64,000 nucleotides of DNA from Bispira polyomma (taxonomy: Eukaryota), in assembly GCA_965649765.1 (NCBI GenBank), contig OZ287749.1, positions 12,710,001-12,774,000 on the forward strand. Direction: 5' to 3'. Below, piece by piece: positions 49,846 through 62,620 of the stretch. A program made the translations under genes and the position numbers. Numbering within the stretch: position 1 is the stretch's first letter; each line of letters begins with the position of its first letter. The notes below the pieces were generated by a model. That model was not told the DNA's origin, ran no database searches, and was given only the letters and a program-made list of their open reading frames with translations.

Positions 49846-52800
49846 AGTGAAAAAGTTCTAGAATATTTACAACAAACAATTCTAGTGAAAATATTCAAAA
49901 TTGTGATCTGAACTAGAGATACTACCTAAAGGCTCAGGTATTCCAGACTGTTGTGGAATCTATTGTTGAATGACTAGTTCAACAAGCTGACCCACCATGA
50001 TAGTACTATTAGAGACCTGGTAGAAAAATCTACTAGAACCCAGAAGCATGGCATCCCTGGTCACCCTGGAGCCATGAAAACCATCTGGCAATTGTAAGTT
50101 ACAAGCTTGACTGAAAAGTACAGAGGAAGCTTCATCAGTCTGCTTGCAAATCTGTGTATGTGTGGCCTATGGCCACATTGCAGGTTGCAGTGAACACCTC
50201 TTAATGGAGTAAACACCCTGTCTGAACATTCTTGTACCTCCTGGAAAGGAAGTAAACAATAAAATCAGAATACTAGTAAGCAAGGAATGAGTGTGGCTGT
50301 ATGTGCAACAAACCTAAGTATTTGTCCATACCATAACCCCCACCAGGGATACATATTCCTAGAATATGTATGACTCCTCCTAGCATACCAACTCTGGGGA
50401 AACCGTGAAAAGCACATTGTGTTCTTCCTGGTACAGAGGAAAACCAATAAGCAAACTGAGAATTTTTCCATCATTCCAGATGAGAGAACAAGATAGAATC
50501 AAGTAGAATGCTCAGATCAAGAGACTGATGATAATTCTATAAACATCAGAGATACCATTGGACAGGCCTGAAGTTACTCGTCGACAAAGGTATTTTCCAC
50601 CCCATGGAAGGCCAAATGGAAATACTGAATTCTATGGAAAGGGTCCCCCCTTGTTTGTTGACATCAGAACACAACCACGGTGTTGTCTGAGAAAAGAAGA
50701 ACACTATTGTTCTGAACTTGAAAACTCTTTAGAGCCAGTAACACAGACTTTATCTCCAACATAACTATGTGAAGATGTGCTTCCAAGGAGCTTCATAGAC
50801 CAATTACACTGATATTTTCTATGTGAGCTCCCCACCCCTTCTCCGAAGAATCCGAGAACAACAGGACATTGTCTTCTTGTGGATGAAATGGAACTCCTTT
50901 CAAAAACTGAGGATTGGAGATGCAACCTTTGAATGGAAATAATGTGATCCTTTTGTATGTGACATTACTCTTTTGTTGGGTATACGAATCTGTTTCCAAC
51001 GTCAAAATGGTAACCCCTCCCCCCCAAAAAAAAAAAACAAAAAAAAAATAAATAAAAACAAAACAAAAAACAAACAAAGGAACAAAGTAAGCGATTGTTG
51101 AAGCAACCTATTTCGAGAATTCATCCCGAGGTCCAAATCTTTGAGAAATCTTTCAAAAATATCAACCATTCACCTTTGATAAGAAACTTTCAGATCGACT
51201 CTGCTGTCTCTATTCTGAAGTTGGGTAAATTCCGAAAATTGTTGACCAAACTGTTATTGATCACTGAACTACACCTGATAAAGTTTTGAAACTATAGAAA
51301 CCTAGTGAAGTTATGCTTACAACAATACTATTGCCTTTGCTTTGTCAACACATGTGATACAGAATTCAGGTGAATCTGAAGATTTGTGGAATTAGCTCGA
51401 AATCCTTAAATAAACACGAATATCCACTTAAAATGTTTTCCATACCTAAAAGAATCATCATCCAGTTCCTTAAACTTTATGTATCCTTCTTTCACCCACA
51501 TCCACATGAAGAAGCAAACCTGAACTCGAAACTTGGCTGTCCTCCACTCCCGCAAAGAGAACATGAAAAGGAAGGAAGCAGCATTCGTTTGGTACATTCT
51601 ACTCTGTGAACTGTCAAAAGCCCCCAAAACCCTGAAAAATCCTCGACTACGGAAACTGCCGACTGTCAATATTGAAGTAGGACATCTTCTAAATCAGAAG
51701 CTGGAGAAAAATTTGAAGTTTTAATGAAGTTTCCTGGCAAACTGTGGGACGAACAGGAAAACTGGAACTGCTGACCAAAAGTCTAAAAGCTATATAAAGG
51801 AAGAGAATATTCCAGTCATGAGGCTCTGAAAATCTTAAAGCTGTGTTCCTGCTTCCTGAAGCCAGCATGGCCTGAAACTGAGGATCTACAGCTGTGAAAG
51901 GACAAGACAGGGTCTTTCCTGAAGCCAGCATGGCCTGAAACTGTGAATATATGGCTGTGAAAGGAAAAGACAGGGTCTTTCCTGGAAGCAACATGGCCTG
52001 GAACTGTGGATCTATGGTTGTGAAAGGACAAGACAGTGGAGTCAGCTACCTTGTGGAACCAGCATAGCATTCTGAAGAAGCTTTAGACCTGCCCTGGCAT
52101 CCATAGAGTCATAGACCTGCCATGGACTCAATGCAGCCATGGACCTGCCCTGGCTACCATGTAGTCGTGGAAACTGGCAAGTACCCCATGGAGTTGTTCT
52201 TGGCCTTTGTGATGATATTCACGGCTGTGTGGACCTTAAGAATCCTTGCCAGTAAGATCTACTGACCCACCATGGCCTCCTGACAAACTATAGCCCCTTG
52301 CAACCTCATGGTCTCCAGCAAAATTATGGGTTCCAGCCAAATCATGGTCTTCAGCCAAATACTTTCCCCCTCAGAATCCTGAAGAACCCTTAGATGAAGA
52401 GGTGTGGGTACTGGGCCCAGTAGTAGTAGTTGATTTGCCATGACTACAAAACATCTCCATCACTAAACAAGCCATAAGAAGCCTTTGCCCACAAAAATGT
52501 GACAGCAAAACATAAGCTTCAAAACATAAGCTTAAAAAAAAAAAAACCAACAGGGACTAGGCCCAAAAGTTGTAGATTTTCCATGGCTAAGTGATTTGGA
52601 ATAAGTGCTAGTCACCTACGACTGCAAAACATCTCCATCACTAAACAAGCCATAAGTAACCGACTCTGTTTGAAGGCGAAAACGTCGCCAACTTAATCTC
52701 TGATGAAGTGCTAGTACTGTAGCGATTAGTATGAAGACCACCTTAATCCAGAATGTTTCGACTAGGCAAAGATCACTTTTTGTCAACATCAACTGAACGC

Positions 52801-53010
52801 TCCCATATTCGTTGCTAAGCAATGCAGAAAATGTAAACAACAATAATGGAGATCACATGACCTAGTCATGGTTTATTTAACAGGTACACCACTGAACCAC
52901 AGGTTTAAGGTAGGGTGATAGCTTTTCGGCTATTGACCGTGGTTTAGTTGACGGCCATCGACTATAGCGTCTGTTAGGACAAGGGAAGTGTATTTTTATG
53001 CAATGAAAGT

Positions 53011-55325
53011 TCATGTTACATTTGTTACAACACTTTGACTTATTAAACTGATCACAAGCTCATCTGGTAGTGGGGGAAAGCCTGCTGCTGTGGCGGAAAA
53101 GCTGCTGTTGGAACTGTTGGAGTTGCTGCCCTTTCCTGGACCGTTGTTATTAGTTTGAACCACTCCTCCTTGAACTGCAGGAAGGAACGTTCTGGCAGTT
53201 TCTTCGTCTCCATGCTTAACCAGTTCATATAGGCTCCTCATATTCCCTTATCTTTGGGTTTCTTTGCCTCTGTCAGGATCCCTGTTATAGTCTGTTCCAT
53301 CCTCCCAATGGAATCGGCCAATTCAATACTGAACTGCCTCTCCTGTGTGTTTAGAGGATTCAAAAGCTGTTGATGACTTTGGTGAGGCCAAGTTGGATGA
53401 CTCCATGTCACCCTGATCTGTATCAGAGTGGGACAACACATCAGGACAACCACGAGGGGCGGCCCAATGTGAGGCTGATGCGATAGGCTTGAAGCCCGCA
53501 GACTTGTTGAGTTCGCGTCTGATGTGTGGCTTGAGGAACGAGAAGTTAGTCTTCACTAACTAGTCTGATATGTCGCTCGATCAATTCTGGGGCAGCAAAC
53601 TTGAGAAAATGTTCTTTAACTTTATATGGGATAAAAAACCGGATAAAATTAAAAGGTTAACACTAAAAAAGAGTTATCTCAAAGGTGGACTTAACATGAT
53701 TGATATTAATAGTTATATAAGTGCTCTAAAATCAACTTGGATACGTAGAGCGAACTCAGATATGGATGCACCTTGGGTAAAGGCAGCAGAATCCTATATT
53801 CAATCGCCTCTTAGTCTTGTAATGTTAGGATCTGGTTATGCAATAAATATTTCAAAGAAATGCAAGAACAAATTTTGGTCAGAGGTCTTAAGTGCATGGA
53901 GTAATGTACAAGCAAATATAAAGATTAAGGACATCACCGCAGCTTTAGCGAATCCTCTTTGGTATAACCTGAATATTTCAAAGGCCGAACTTTATTTACC
54001 ACATTGGTATAAAAGGGGCATTTTAACCCCTAGTGATCTGATGTATAATAATGGCGACTTTATTTCACAGGAAATAATACAGAGTGTATATGGCATTAAA
54101 ACTAACTTCTTAGAATATCATAGAGTGATAACATGTATACAAGGTTATCTAGAAAAACTGAAGCTACTGCGTTCAGAAAACGTAAAACCCAACTTTCCCA
54201 ATAACTTTAGACTTCTGTACAAGTCAAACAGTGGCAGTAAGGATTTCTACAAAATTCTGATAGATGCAAAGAGTCCTGATGAGTTATTCTACTCATACTG
54301 GGAGGACAATCTTGGAATAATTTTAACTAGTGCAGACTGGAAAAATATATATAAAATCTGCTTTAAAACAGTTAAAGACAACTACCTCATATGGTCACAA
54401 TATCGCACTTTGTATAGAATTTTAGGAACTAAGGGTCATCTGTGCAAAGTAAAAATTGCAACAGATGGAACTTGCAGCTTTTGTGGAACAGGCATAGAAA
54501 CAGTTCTGCATCTTTTTGTCCAATGTGAAAAGGTTAAAAAATTTTGGGGAGATATTGAAACTTTAATAAAGGTCAATCTTGAAATTGATTTCCCAATAAA
54601 TGGAAAATATATCATTTTTGGGATGTTTTCACAAAGTTCAAACATTGTAGTAAACATAGTTTATATTACGGCAAAAGTTTACATATTTTGGACGTCAAAG
54701 TCTACAAGCCAATTAAGCGTACAAAATTTCAGTAAATACTTACCTAAAATTGATTTAGAACAGGAATGTGTTGCCAGACTAGAACAAAGGTATGAAATAT
54801 TCCATAAGCAATGGAATCTGATTAATAAATTATTTTAGACACTAGGAAAATTATGTACGGAAAGGAAAAAAGAAAAGAAGATAAATAATTTTGGATCAAG
54901 AAATTTAAAGCTTGAAATAATAATGATAAAAAAAAAAGAAGCAAAAAAAAAAAAAAAAAAAAAAAAATATCATTTCAAGATAGCCACAAATAACACATGG
55001 TAATTTTGATTTATATATTGTGAAAGAGAAAATACCGTGTGCATAATAACTAAAAAAAAAGAAGAAATACATCAGTGTATAAAGTTTCTCATAAAACAAA
55101 ACAAAAAATCAGTATAAGCTAATATGAAAATATAGTTACTATAAAGCAAATACAATTTGTTGGTAAATGTGAATTTGCTGGTTATTGTTTTCTTCAGAGT
55201 AATGCTCACCCATTTTGCTGATAAATAATATTAGATTGAAAGATTGTAAATGTCTTCTATCTTTGTTTGGATTATTTATTATGGCTGTGGAGTTAGCTAA
55301 ATTAAATTTACACATAAATAAACAG

Positions 55326-55362
<37 letters not shown>

Positions 55363-56000
55363 CTGGGGCAGCATGCCCAGACTTGGGCACACTCAGCTTG
55401 CCGAAGATAGTCCTCTGGATTGGAACCACTTCATAACTACTGTGTAATCCAATCACCTTGTTGAGCAGTACGACTCCCACATCATCAGGATCATGCTTAT
55501 TGTAGAGCCACTCATGGTCCTTCAGGAAGTCCACCACAGCCTCCCCCTGCTCATTGGTTAACAACATAGTCCTCATGTTTCCCTTCTACACTGCCTGGTG
55601 TATCCCACAAATGCTGGGTATCCTGAGTATCCTGGGTCTGATGGGTGTCCTAGATCTGCGAAATATTTAGGGTAGGCCGGTTCAAGTGTTATCTTTACCA
55701 TCAGGGGATTTCTTAAGACCTATCCTTAACATTTGACAGGATAACTCGGAAGAAATAGACAATAACTCGTAATGCTCCCGACCAATCGGGATGGATGGGA
55801 TGATTATTCTTTTTCAAAATGGCAAAATTTACTCCCGATTTAGATGCCCATCAGAAAAATAGGTCGTTATAAGGTAACAATAGCTTCCAATTGACGCCGA
55901 TTGGCCCCAACCTATCGGTCGCAAGTCTCAATTATTGTCCCGATTGGCTCCCAATTGTACAATCAGTCGGGAGCTAAGATCAGGATAGTGAGACAGCCCC
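53011..56000 (-). mobile_element. Second Harbinger remnant (MADF ORF2) split by a LINE insertion
   Basis: TNEQGEAVVDFLKDHEWLYNK (55500-55563; matches 3805-3865), QRTIFGKLSVPKSGHAAPE | LINE | KTNFSFLKPHIR; putative terminus gtgagacagcccc|TTA at ~55988-56003. Confidence 0.7.
53598..55360 (+). mobile_element. 5'-truncated L1/Tx1 LINE with poly-A and 15-bp TSD (young insertion)
   Basis: Uninterrupted ORF2 C-terminal ~410 aa (FIWDKKPDKI, GGLNM, CSFC..ETVLHLFVQC) to the stop at 54838; A-run 55330-55360; TSD aattctggggcagca at 53583-53597 and 55359-55373. Confidence 0.93.
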
Positions 56001-56029
56001 TTAAGCAATGCGTGTTTTGATATGAGCCA

Positions 56030-56650
56030 TGACTTGAGAGTTGTAATCATGCAACTTTGTAATGCACCATTTGTGGCATGTTGTTGCAGATAAAAGTTCC
56101 TTTTTTAGTGATTTTTGCCACTTCTTAACAGTTTATTGAGCAAAAAGTCTGGTAGGAGGGGTGTAGCAGAAGCTCTAGTGCAACCAACCCTATCAAAAAG
56201 TGTTTATCTTTACAAACTACGACCACCAGACGAGATTTTGGAAGAATTGGGCTGGAGATTTAAGTGAAAAGACCTTGGCGACAGAATCCCGGAGAAGAAA
56301 GCAGCTAATCTCAGTGATGTCAAAACAATAAGGGTTCGCTACAGTAACCCTTGGAACAGTCACTTGGCGATGTTGACATTACACCAAGAACGGACCTACT
56401 GTAGGACCGGCTTGGGCACCAGTGTGGTACCAGGAGAAACCACCGAGCCAACTTTAGTTTGCTAGCTTTTCCAGTGAGGGGTACATTTCTTTCCACCTAG
56501 GAATCACAAAGGAATCAAGACACTCGCAGAGAGATATATATTTGAGTGTCATCAGCATACATGTGATGTTTTATATTATAGTTATTGATGATAGTGCTGA
56601 GTGGATGTGTATAGAAGGTAAAAAATAGAGGCCCAAGGACAGACCCCTCC
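56030..56650 (-). mobile_element. L2/CR1-group LINE RT fragment
   Basis: GSVLGPLFFTFYT...HHMYADDTQIYISL at ~56530-56647. Confidence 0.75.
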
Positions 56651-56759
56651 AAATTGTAGTTTAATGGAAGATAATAAAAGACAAAAATAGCTCACATCCC
56701 CTAAGATTTTTTTCAAAAGGGCCATGAAACACAAAAACACAATAGACTAATGAATAATT

Positions 56760-57310
56760 GACACATATTAAATAATAAAAGTGTACAAAAGAATATAAAT
56801 TACTTAACTAGAATTTAAAAACAAAAAGTTTCTTTTAAAAACTTGATAACATTAAAAACATTTTGACTAAATAAATCTTTAATATTAATTACATTTAAAT
56901 AATTAAAAGGAACATGACTCAAATAAATGCAATCTACTAAAATATGATGCTCAGTGTAAGGGAATGCCAAAGAATGCACCAGGGTATTTTTTTTAATAAA
57001 TACTGTTGAGTAAAATAAGGGAGTCCTACTCTTGTTCCTGTGAAAACAGTTACTTCCCTACGAGACAAATCCGTCCAAAAAATAAAAGTCTCCAACAATA
57101 ATAAAAATTTGATTGAGCTGATTTTATTTTTAGGGCAAGTATTCCATTGAGCTTGCCACTTTTGTCTAAAAACATTATTTACATTGACTTTCAAGTCTGT
57201 AAAAGGGACTTTCATGTCTAAAATATTTTAATTTAAAGCTTGTTTGACAAGCTCATCTGACTTTCGTTGCCCTTAATACCAAAATGGCTTGGAACCCATG
57301 GTAAAGCTAC
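56760..57310 (-). mobile_element. I/Nimb-group LINE 3' fragment (RNase H end + C-terminal domain)
   Basis: WVPSHFGIKGNE (RNase H C-terminal motif), KWQAQWN, SRREVTVFTGTRVG..FTQQYLL. Confidence 0.75.
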
Positions 57311-60300
57311 TTTTTTCCTCGTTGTTTATGAATATGCATCAAAATGTTTTTATTCCTTTCTTCAGCTAGTCATTGCTCTTTTTGTTTTGGTCTTTTGTTT
57401 TCTAATTTTGATGTTCCGTGACAGCATTTTGTCAAATTTTTTTTCAGAAATCCATTTTTGTACTATTTTGTCCCATTTCCCATGTCACATGACAGAGCAG
57501 TTGTTCACAAAAGTAGCTTGCATCCCTCAAGACTTCATTCAATGACTCTCTCTTTTCTATTTTTTTCTTTCGTACAAATGGGAAAGGAATCAAACAAAGT
57601 AAGATGGATTTTGTTTTGGTGCAATGCAGAATTTTTTAACCAATATTATTCTTGCTATTTTCCATTTAAGCACTACCAACAAAGTTTATTTTTACAGACA
57701 TTGTACATGACATAATATGCACACTAATGATTAGATTTAAAAAAATCTTACATCCCACTTAGGTGCCTATAGTTGTTAGAAGCGCCTGCTTCACAATCAC
57801 TCACCAATGTGGGTTTTAATCCTGTTCATCCATTCATGTGGGAAGTTTGTCAGGTACTTGCCATATGTCAATGATTTCGAGTGCTTCAGCACGGGTTTCT
57901 TCCACCATTAAATCTGGCCGTTGTAATATGATCTAACCTGTTGAAAAGCAATGCCAACACACACTAACCAACTTACATGCAACCTCTGCAGTCATGGGAT
58001 TGAAACTTGTTTGTTGTAAATTTGACAATAAACTTGCTTTAGGTCAAAGATCTTGCTCAACTACCCTGTTCTGATTTCCGCCACCAATAAACTGCACATC
58101 ACCAAGTAATACACAGATGTTGAAAGTGACGTCAAACACGAATTAAAAGTAAATCAAAAACTATCAATCTCAATTCAAGCAGATTATTTTACAGTTGGTT
58201 GCAATATTGCTTCTAGTTCATGTTTTGGAAAACACAGTGAAACATGAGTCCGCTTATCCATATGATTAAGTATGATCCGATTACATGTTACTATTTTTTT
58301 CTAGTGTAACAAACTTGTATTGTAAGACAGTGTAGTTGTTTCATGATAATATTGTATGATATTTTAGAATTACTGAATAGTGTGGTAAGTTACCACATCA
58401 CACACAAATTGCAAATATATTTTTGATGATAGCATCTGTTTCTGTCAGTTTTGAAACATTTTGCTTTCAAAAGCATTTTTTAACATTTTGTGTTTCTGCT
58501 AAGGTTTTTAATCGGTTTATCAAACTTGTTAACAGCTAATTTTAACTGTACTTAGTTCTTTGTTACAGGATCTCCAAGCTATTATTATTATGAATAACGC
58601 GCTTTAATGATGCTAGGCATCTTCTAAAAGTGCAACAGTAGCATTAGTAGCATCATTGATCCAATCGTAAAGTCCATGGACATAGCAAAGTCGTAAGGAA
58701 AGAAGTGGGAGCATGTACAAGGGAAGCTAAAGTGGGTAGTCCAGTTAAAAAGATAGGTTTTAAAAAATTGTATTTTTATTGCACCTGTGACTGTATTTTA
58801 GGTAATTAGTAGACTTAATTTATGATAATATATTTTTGTGATATAAATTAACTATTTCATAATTAGGTTAAGGTTATGTAGTAATTCTTATATGTTAAAA
58901 AGTTAACAATATGCACCAACTAAGCTAACAAGCCCAGATTTATCATTCTCAATTACTTCTCTTAGTCACACATTGTCAACACTGTCTGATACACTAATGC
59001 AAAATATGCTATAAATAAGCCCCACTTGAACAGTTCTTCACTGGGATTAATAATCAGCAATTTAGCTATAAAATGGGCTAAAAGACTATACCCTCTGCCA
59101 AACAAATGCATAATCTTTCGAAATGTGTCTTATCACCAAGGATCTGTTATTAATTTCTGATACAGAACAAGTATCAGCAAGAGGAAAATTCTTACAGATA
59201 CAGTTCTGTCAGTAATTATATGATGTCTAAAAAGCTGCAAATTGCAGTCTATTTTTATGAGCCACATTTATTTTTATATCATACCCCTTGCACTTACTTT
59301 GTAGATGTTCAAATAGGTTGTAGCTGTATAAACAATGTGACTGTATTATCACGCAATATAAATGAAAAAAGCAGAGTAACGGAGACAGTCTAAATGCATT
59401 CATTAACACCATTTTATACATAGAAACCAATTGTGAATTAATGGGAGTGAGTATCACAAATACTCAACATAGGATTTTCTGTAATGTATGTGTGCATGGA
59501 ATGTAATCATTGGAAGAAAGGTTTAATAATGCTTTTTGCATACATTTTGACTTTATCAGGTATACCCTGACGTTGTTTTCATTCTGATAAGGGTGTCACC
59601 ATTTAAAAGGGCGCCACCATCTTAGAAATAATATGTAACACCTTCATGAATTGGTTGGAAGCCATCGACCTGGCCAAAGTGAGGGGTGTCGGATTTTCCT
59701 GAGTAGCCATATTAACTTTAGTGTATTTCAGACTGTGAGCTTGTGTTTTTTTAAACGACAACTCTTGCTATTACCTTTAACCAAGGAGGTTATGTTTTAC
59801 ACACATGTCCATTTGTTTGTCTGTCACTCAGTTTACACAAAACTATTAAATGTTGGAGATGATATTAGTAGTATGTCTAGACATTTTTTTATTCACTTTC
59901 TGGTACTGTTAACCATAATAAGAAATGTTTCTGGAATAATATGTGGTCAGTGACCATATCCTTGACTTCGGTTGATATCATACCCTCATTGTTTGAGGAA
60001 TAATATATAATCATAATATAAAGGGAGATAAGGCTCTGTTATATGTCAATACCATATAATAAGAACTACTACTACTCTCTTTTGAGAAGTGTGATGTGAC
60101 ATTTTTTAAGTGTTATCATAGCATGTCATTTGCCACTGTCATGTAAGCAGTGATACACGTATTCTCTTTTGCTGTAGAGTAAAAATGTAATTACTACTAC
60201 CCTCCTTTAAGAAGTGCGATGTCACGTTTTTTAAGTAAAATCATAGCATGTCATTTGTCACTGTCATGTATTCTCTTTAGCTTTGTGGTAAGAAGGTCAT

Positions 60301-62620
60301 TTCCTTATGATGTGAAAAATTACTTTTTAACATTATCTATAAAGGAAAGTAATGAAGTTTCAATTTTCCTCATGCAATTTTGTAACACTAATAGTACTTT
60401 TATCACAATTGTTGAAGTATCATATTTGACACTAGTTAAATGCACCTCACTTCAACTTTCGACTCAACATATCTTTAAAATGGAGAATCAAACACATAAC
60501 TAAGTAAAACATGGGTTGTATACAGTGTAATGTAAGTAGACATAGGGATGGTTAGTTGGAAAAGACAGGTCAGTGTTGCGATGTCTGGTGTCTGGCTGTT
60601 GGGAGTTTCTACTTGTGACAGGAAGGCGCAGAATAGCGAAATGTTTTTTACATTAGGTGATTACCTTATATCTGACATATTCCCAGCATTTCAGGTGGAA
60701 TCTACAATAAGTTTCTGCATGAAACAACTTCTATCCAGTATACCCATTGTTACAATAGTTGTGCAGTAAAACCAACTTGACTAAAGTAAACTCATTGCTA
60801 CAATAGCTAGCTACACTGAAACACTAGCTACACTATTTGTCTAAAATAGATCCATCACTGCAACATATATCTACACTAAAACACATATGCATCAATTGGA
60901 TTCATTGTCAAAAAAGGTATCTGCACTGACACAGGTTTTTCTAAATATACTCATTGCTACACAATGTGTGCATTGAAAGAAACTTCTCCAAATGTACAGG
61001 TGCAGATACCTATTGTATTGTTACTCCTGTTTTAAGAAATCTCCACTGGTTACCCATTGAGTTTAGATGTATGTTCAAAACAGCTACCTTAGTCTACAAA
61101 TTTTTAAATTATGGCCTTCCAGCATACTGGAATCCATACCTCACACTTTACACATGCAGTCATAATACCAGAAGGAGCAGACAGGAAAAAAGTTACCTGA
61201 CCGTTCCAAGATTTATCTTATATTTAGCAGTACACAAATCTAAACGTCAGTTTAACAATAGCTTTGCCCATTATTCTCCAACACTTTGGAATGAATTACC
61301 TGTCGAAATTCGTTGTGCAACCTAACTCACATCCTTTAGAAAAAACTTAAAACCTACCTACTTTTCCATTTTGTCACATATCTCGTCATTCACCTTTTGT
61401 TAAGTAGACTATAAATATCTCCCACTCAACTTATTTTAGGGGCACACATTCCATTGCTATTACCATTTTTGTCTAAAAACATTATTTGCATTAACTTTCA
61501 AGTCTGAGGAAGGGACTTTTGTGTCTAAAACATTAAAATTCATAGCTTGTTTGGCAGGCTCATTTGCCTTTTCATTACCCTAATACCAACATGCCTTGGA
61601 AACCCATGCTAAAACGACTACTGTTTATGAAGATGCATCAAAACATTTCCATTACTGTAATAAAATGTTTTTAGTCCCTTTCTTCAGCTAGTCATTGCTT
61701 TGACGTGGGCTTCTTTTTTTTTGTCTTGTTTCTAATTTTGATGTTTCGTGATAACATTTTGTCCAATTTATTCAGAAATGTTAGAGATCCATTTTTGTAC
61801 TATTTTTATCCATTCACATGACATACACTCACACAAATAGCAGTTGTTGTTATCAGTGGAATTATTACTTTTAGAACAAGTCCACAAAAAAAGCTCACAT
61901 CCCCCATGATAGCTTTCAATCTCTTTCCCCAGTTTCTTTTTCGTAGAAGTGGCAAATATGGCAATCAAACAAAGTGAGATGGATTTAGCTTTGGTGCAAT
62001 GCAGTAATTTTTTAACCCATCTTATTCTTTCTATTTTCCACTTAAGCAGAACCAGTATCTTTTATTTTTGTAGACTTTTTCCCTTGGTATTGTTGTCACT
62101 TTTGAATATCATCTTACATAGAATAATGATTGTATTCTCCAAAAATATGGTGATTTTAGAGGTATCACTTTCATATCCCGACTGGGTGGCCAGTGGTTAG
62201 AAGCTCCTGCTTCACAATCACTGGCATCTCACCAATGTGGGTTTGAATCCTGTTCATTCCTTCATGTGCGAAAGTTTGTGAGGTACTTGTCAAAGTTTGG
62301 TAGTTTCTTCCACCATTGAATCTGGCCATTGTGATATGATCTAAAATGTTGAAAGCAATGTAAATCAAAACTAACTAACTCACATGCCACCTGTGTCATT
62401 GAATCTTGTTTGTTGTAAAGTTTGCAGTAGAATTGCTGATAGACAGTTCAAAGGTCTTGGTTAACTACACTGTTTAGATTTCCACCCCCAATAAATAGCG
62501 CATCACCAATTAATACACAGATGTTGAAAATGACGTCAAACCCGAATGAATTCTAAACCTAAAACTATCAAGCTCAATTCGAAAGATGCATGCATATTTT
62601 GTTACAGCTGGCTGCAACAT
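57140..62620. repeat. Old ~1.1-kb direct segmental duplication (57140-58205 and 61440-62620)
   Basis: Same order of RNase H fragment, ttcttcagctagtcattgct, SINE and aatacacagatgttgaaa.tgacgtcaaac in both copies, with clear divergence. Confidence 0.8.
61010..61360 (+). mobile_element. L2-clade LINE 3' fragment
   Basis: VTPVLRNLHWLPIEFRCMFK..LVYK, SFAHYSPTLWNELP.EIR. Confidence 0.85.

Larger units (their letters stand above)
47464..53008 (-). mobile_element. DIRS1-type tyrosine-recombinase retrotransposon, internally deleted
   Basis: ITRs ~47464-47644 and ~52849-53008; RNase H LFSDSSEKGWGAH and HIVMLEIKSVLLAL..LFSDNTVV (50650-50880); methyltransferase-like FASRLMKLPLYFS (~50110-50150); YR RRNEIQAW (~48875-48900) and KAHDVRVMAS (~48510-48540); 63-bp tandem repeats in the gag-like region 51850-52030. 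Confidence 0.9.

Noticed and set aside
52695-52765. Second hammerhead candidate (ctgatgaagtgctagt...attagtatgaag)
   Set aside because: GAAA core is replaced by GAAG, stem II needs several G-U pairs and is out of register, and no stem I/III partner was found.
53570-53597. ATG start MSLDQFWGS of the 422-aa ORF as a real gene start
   Set aside because: These codons come from the target site/TSD; the ORF is a 5'-truncated LINE ORF2.
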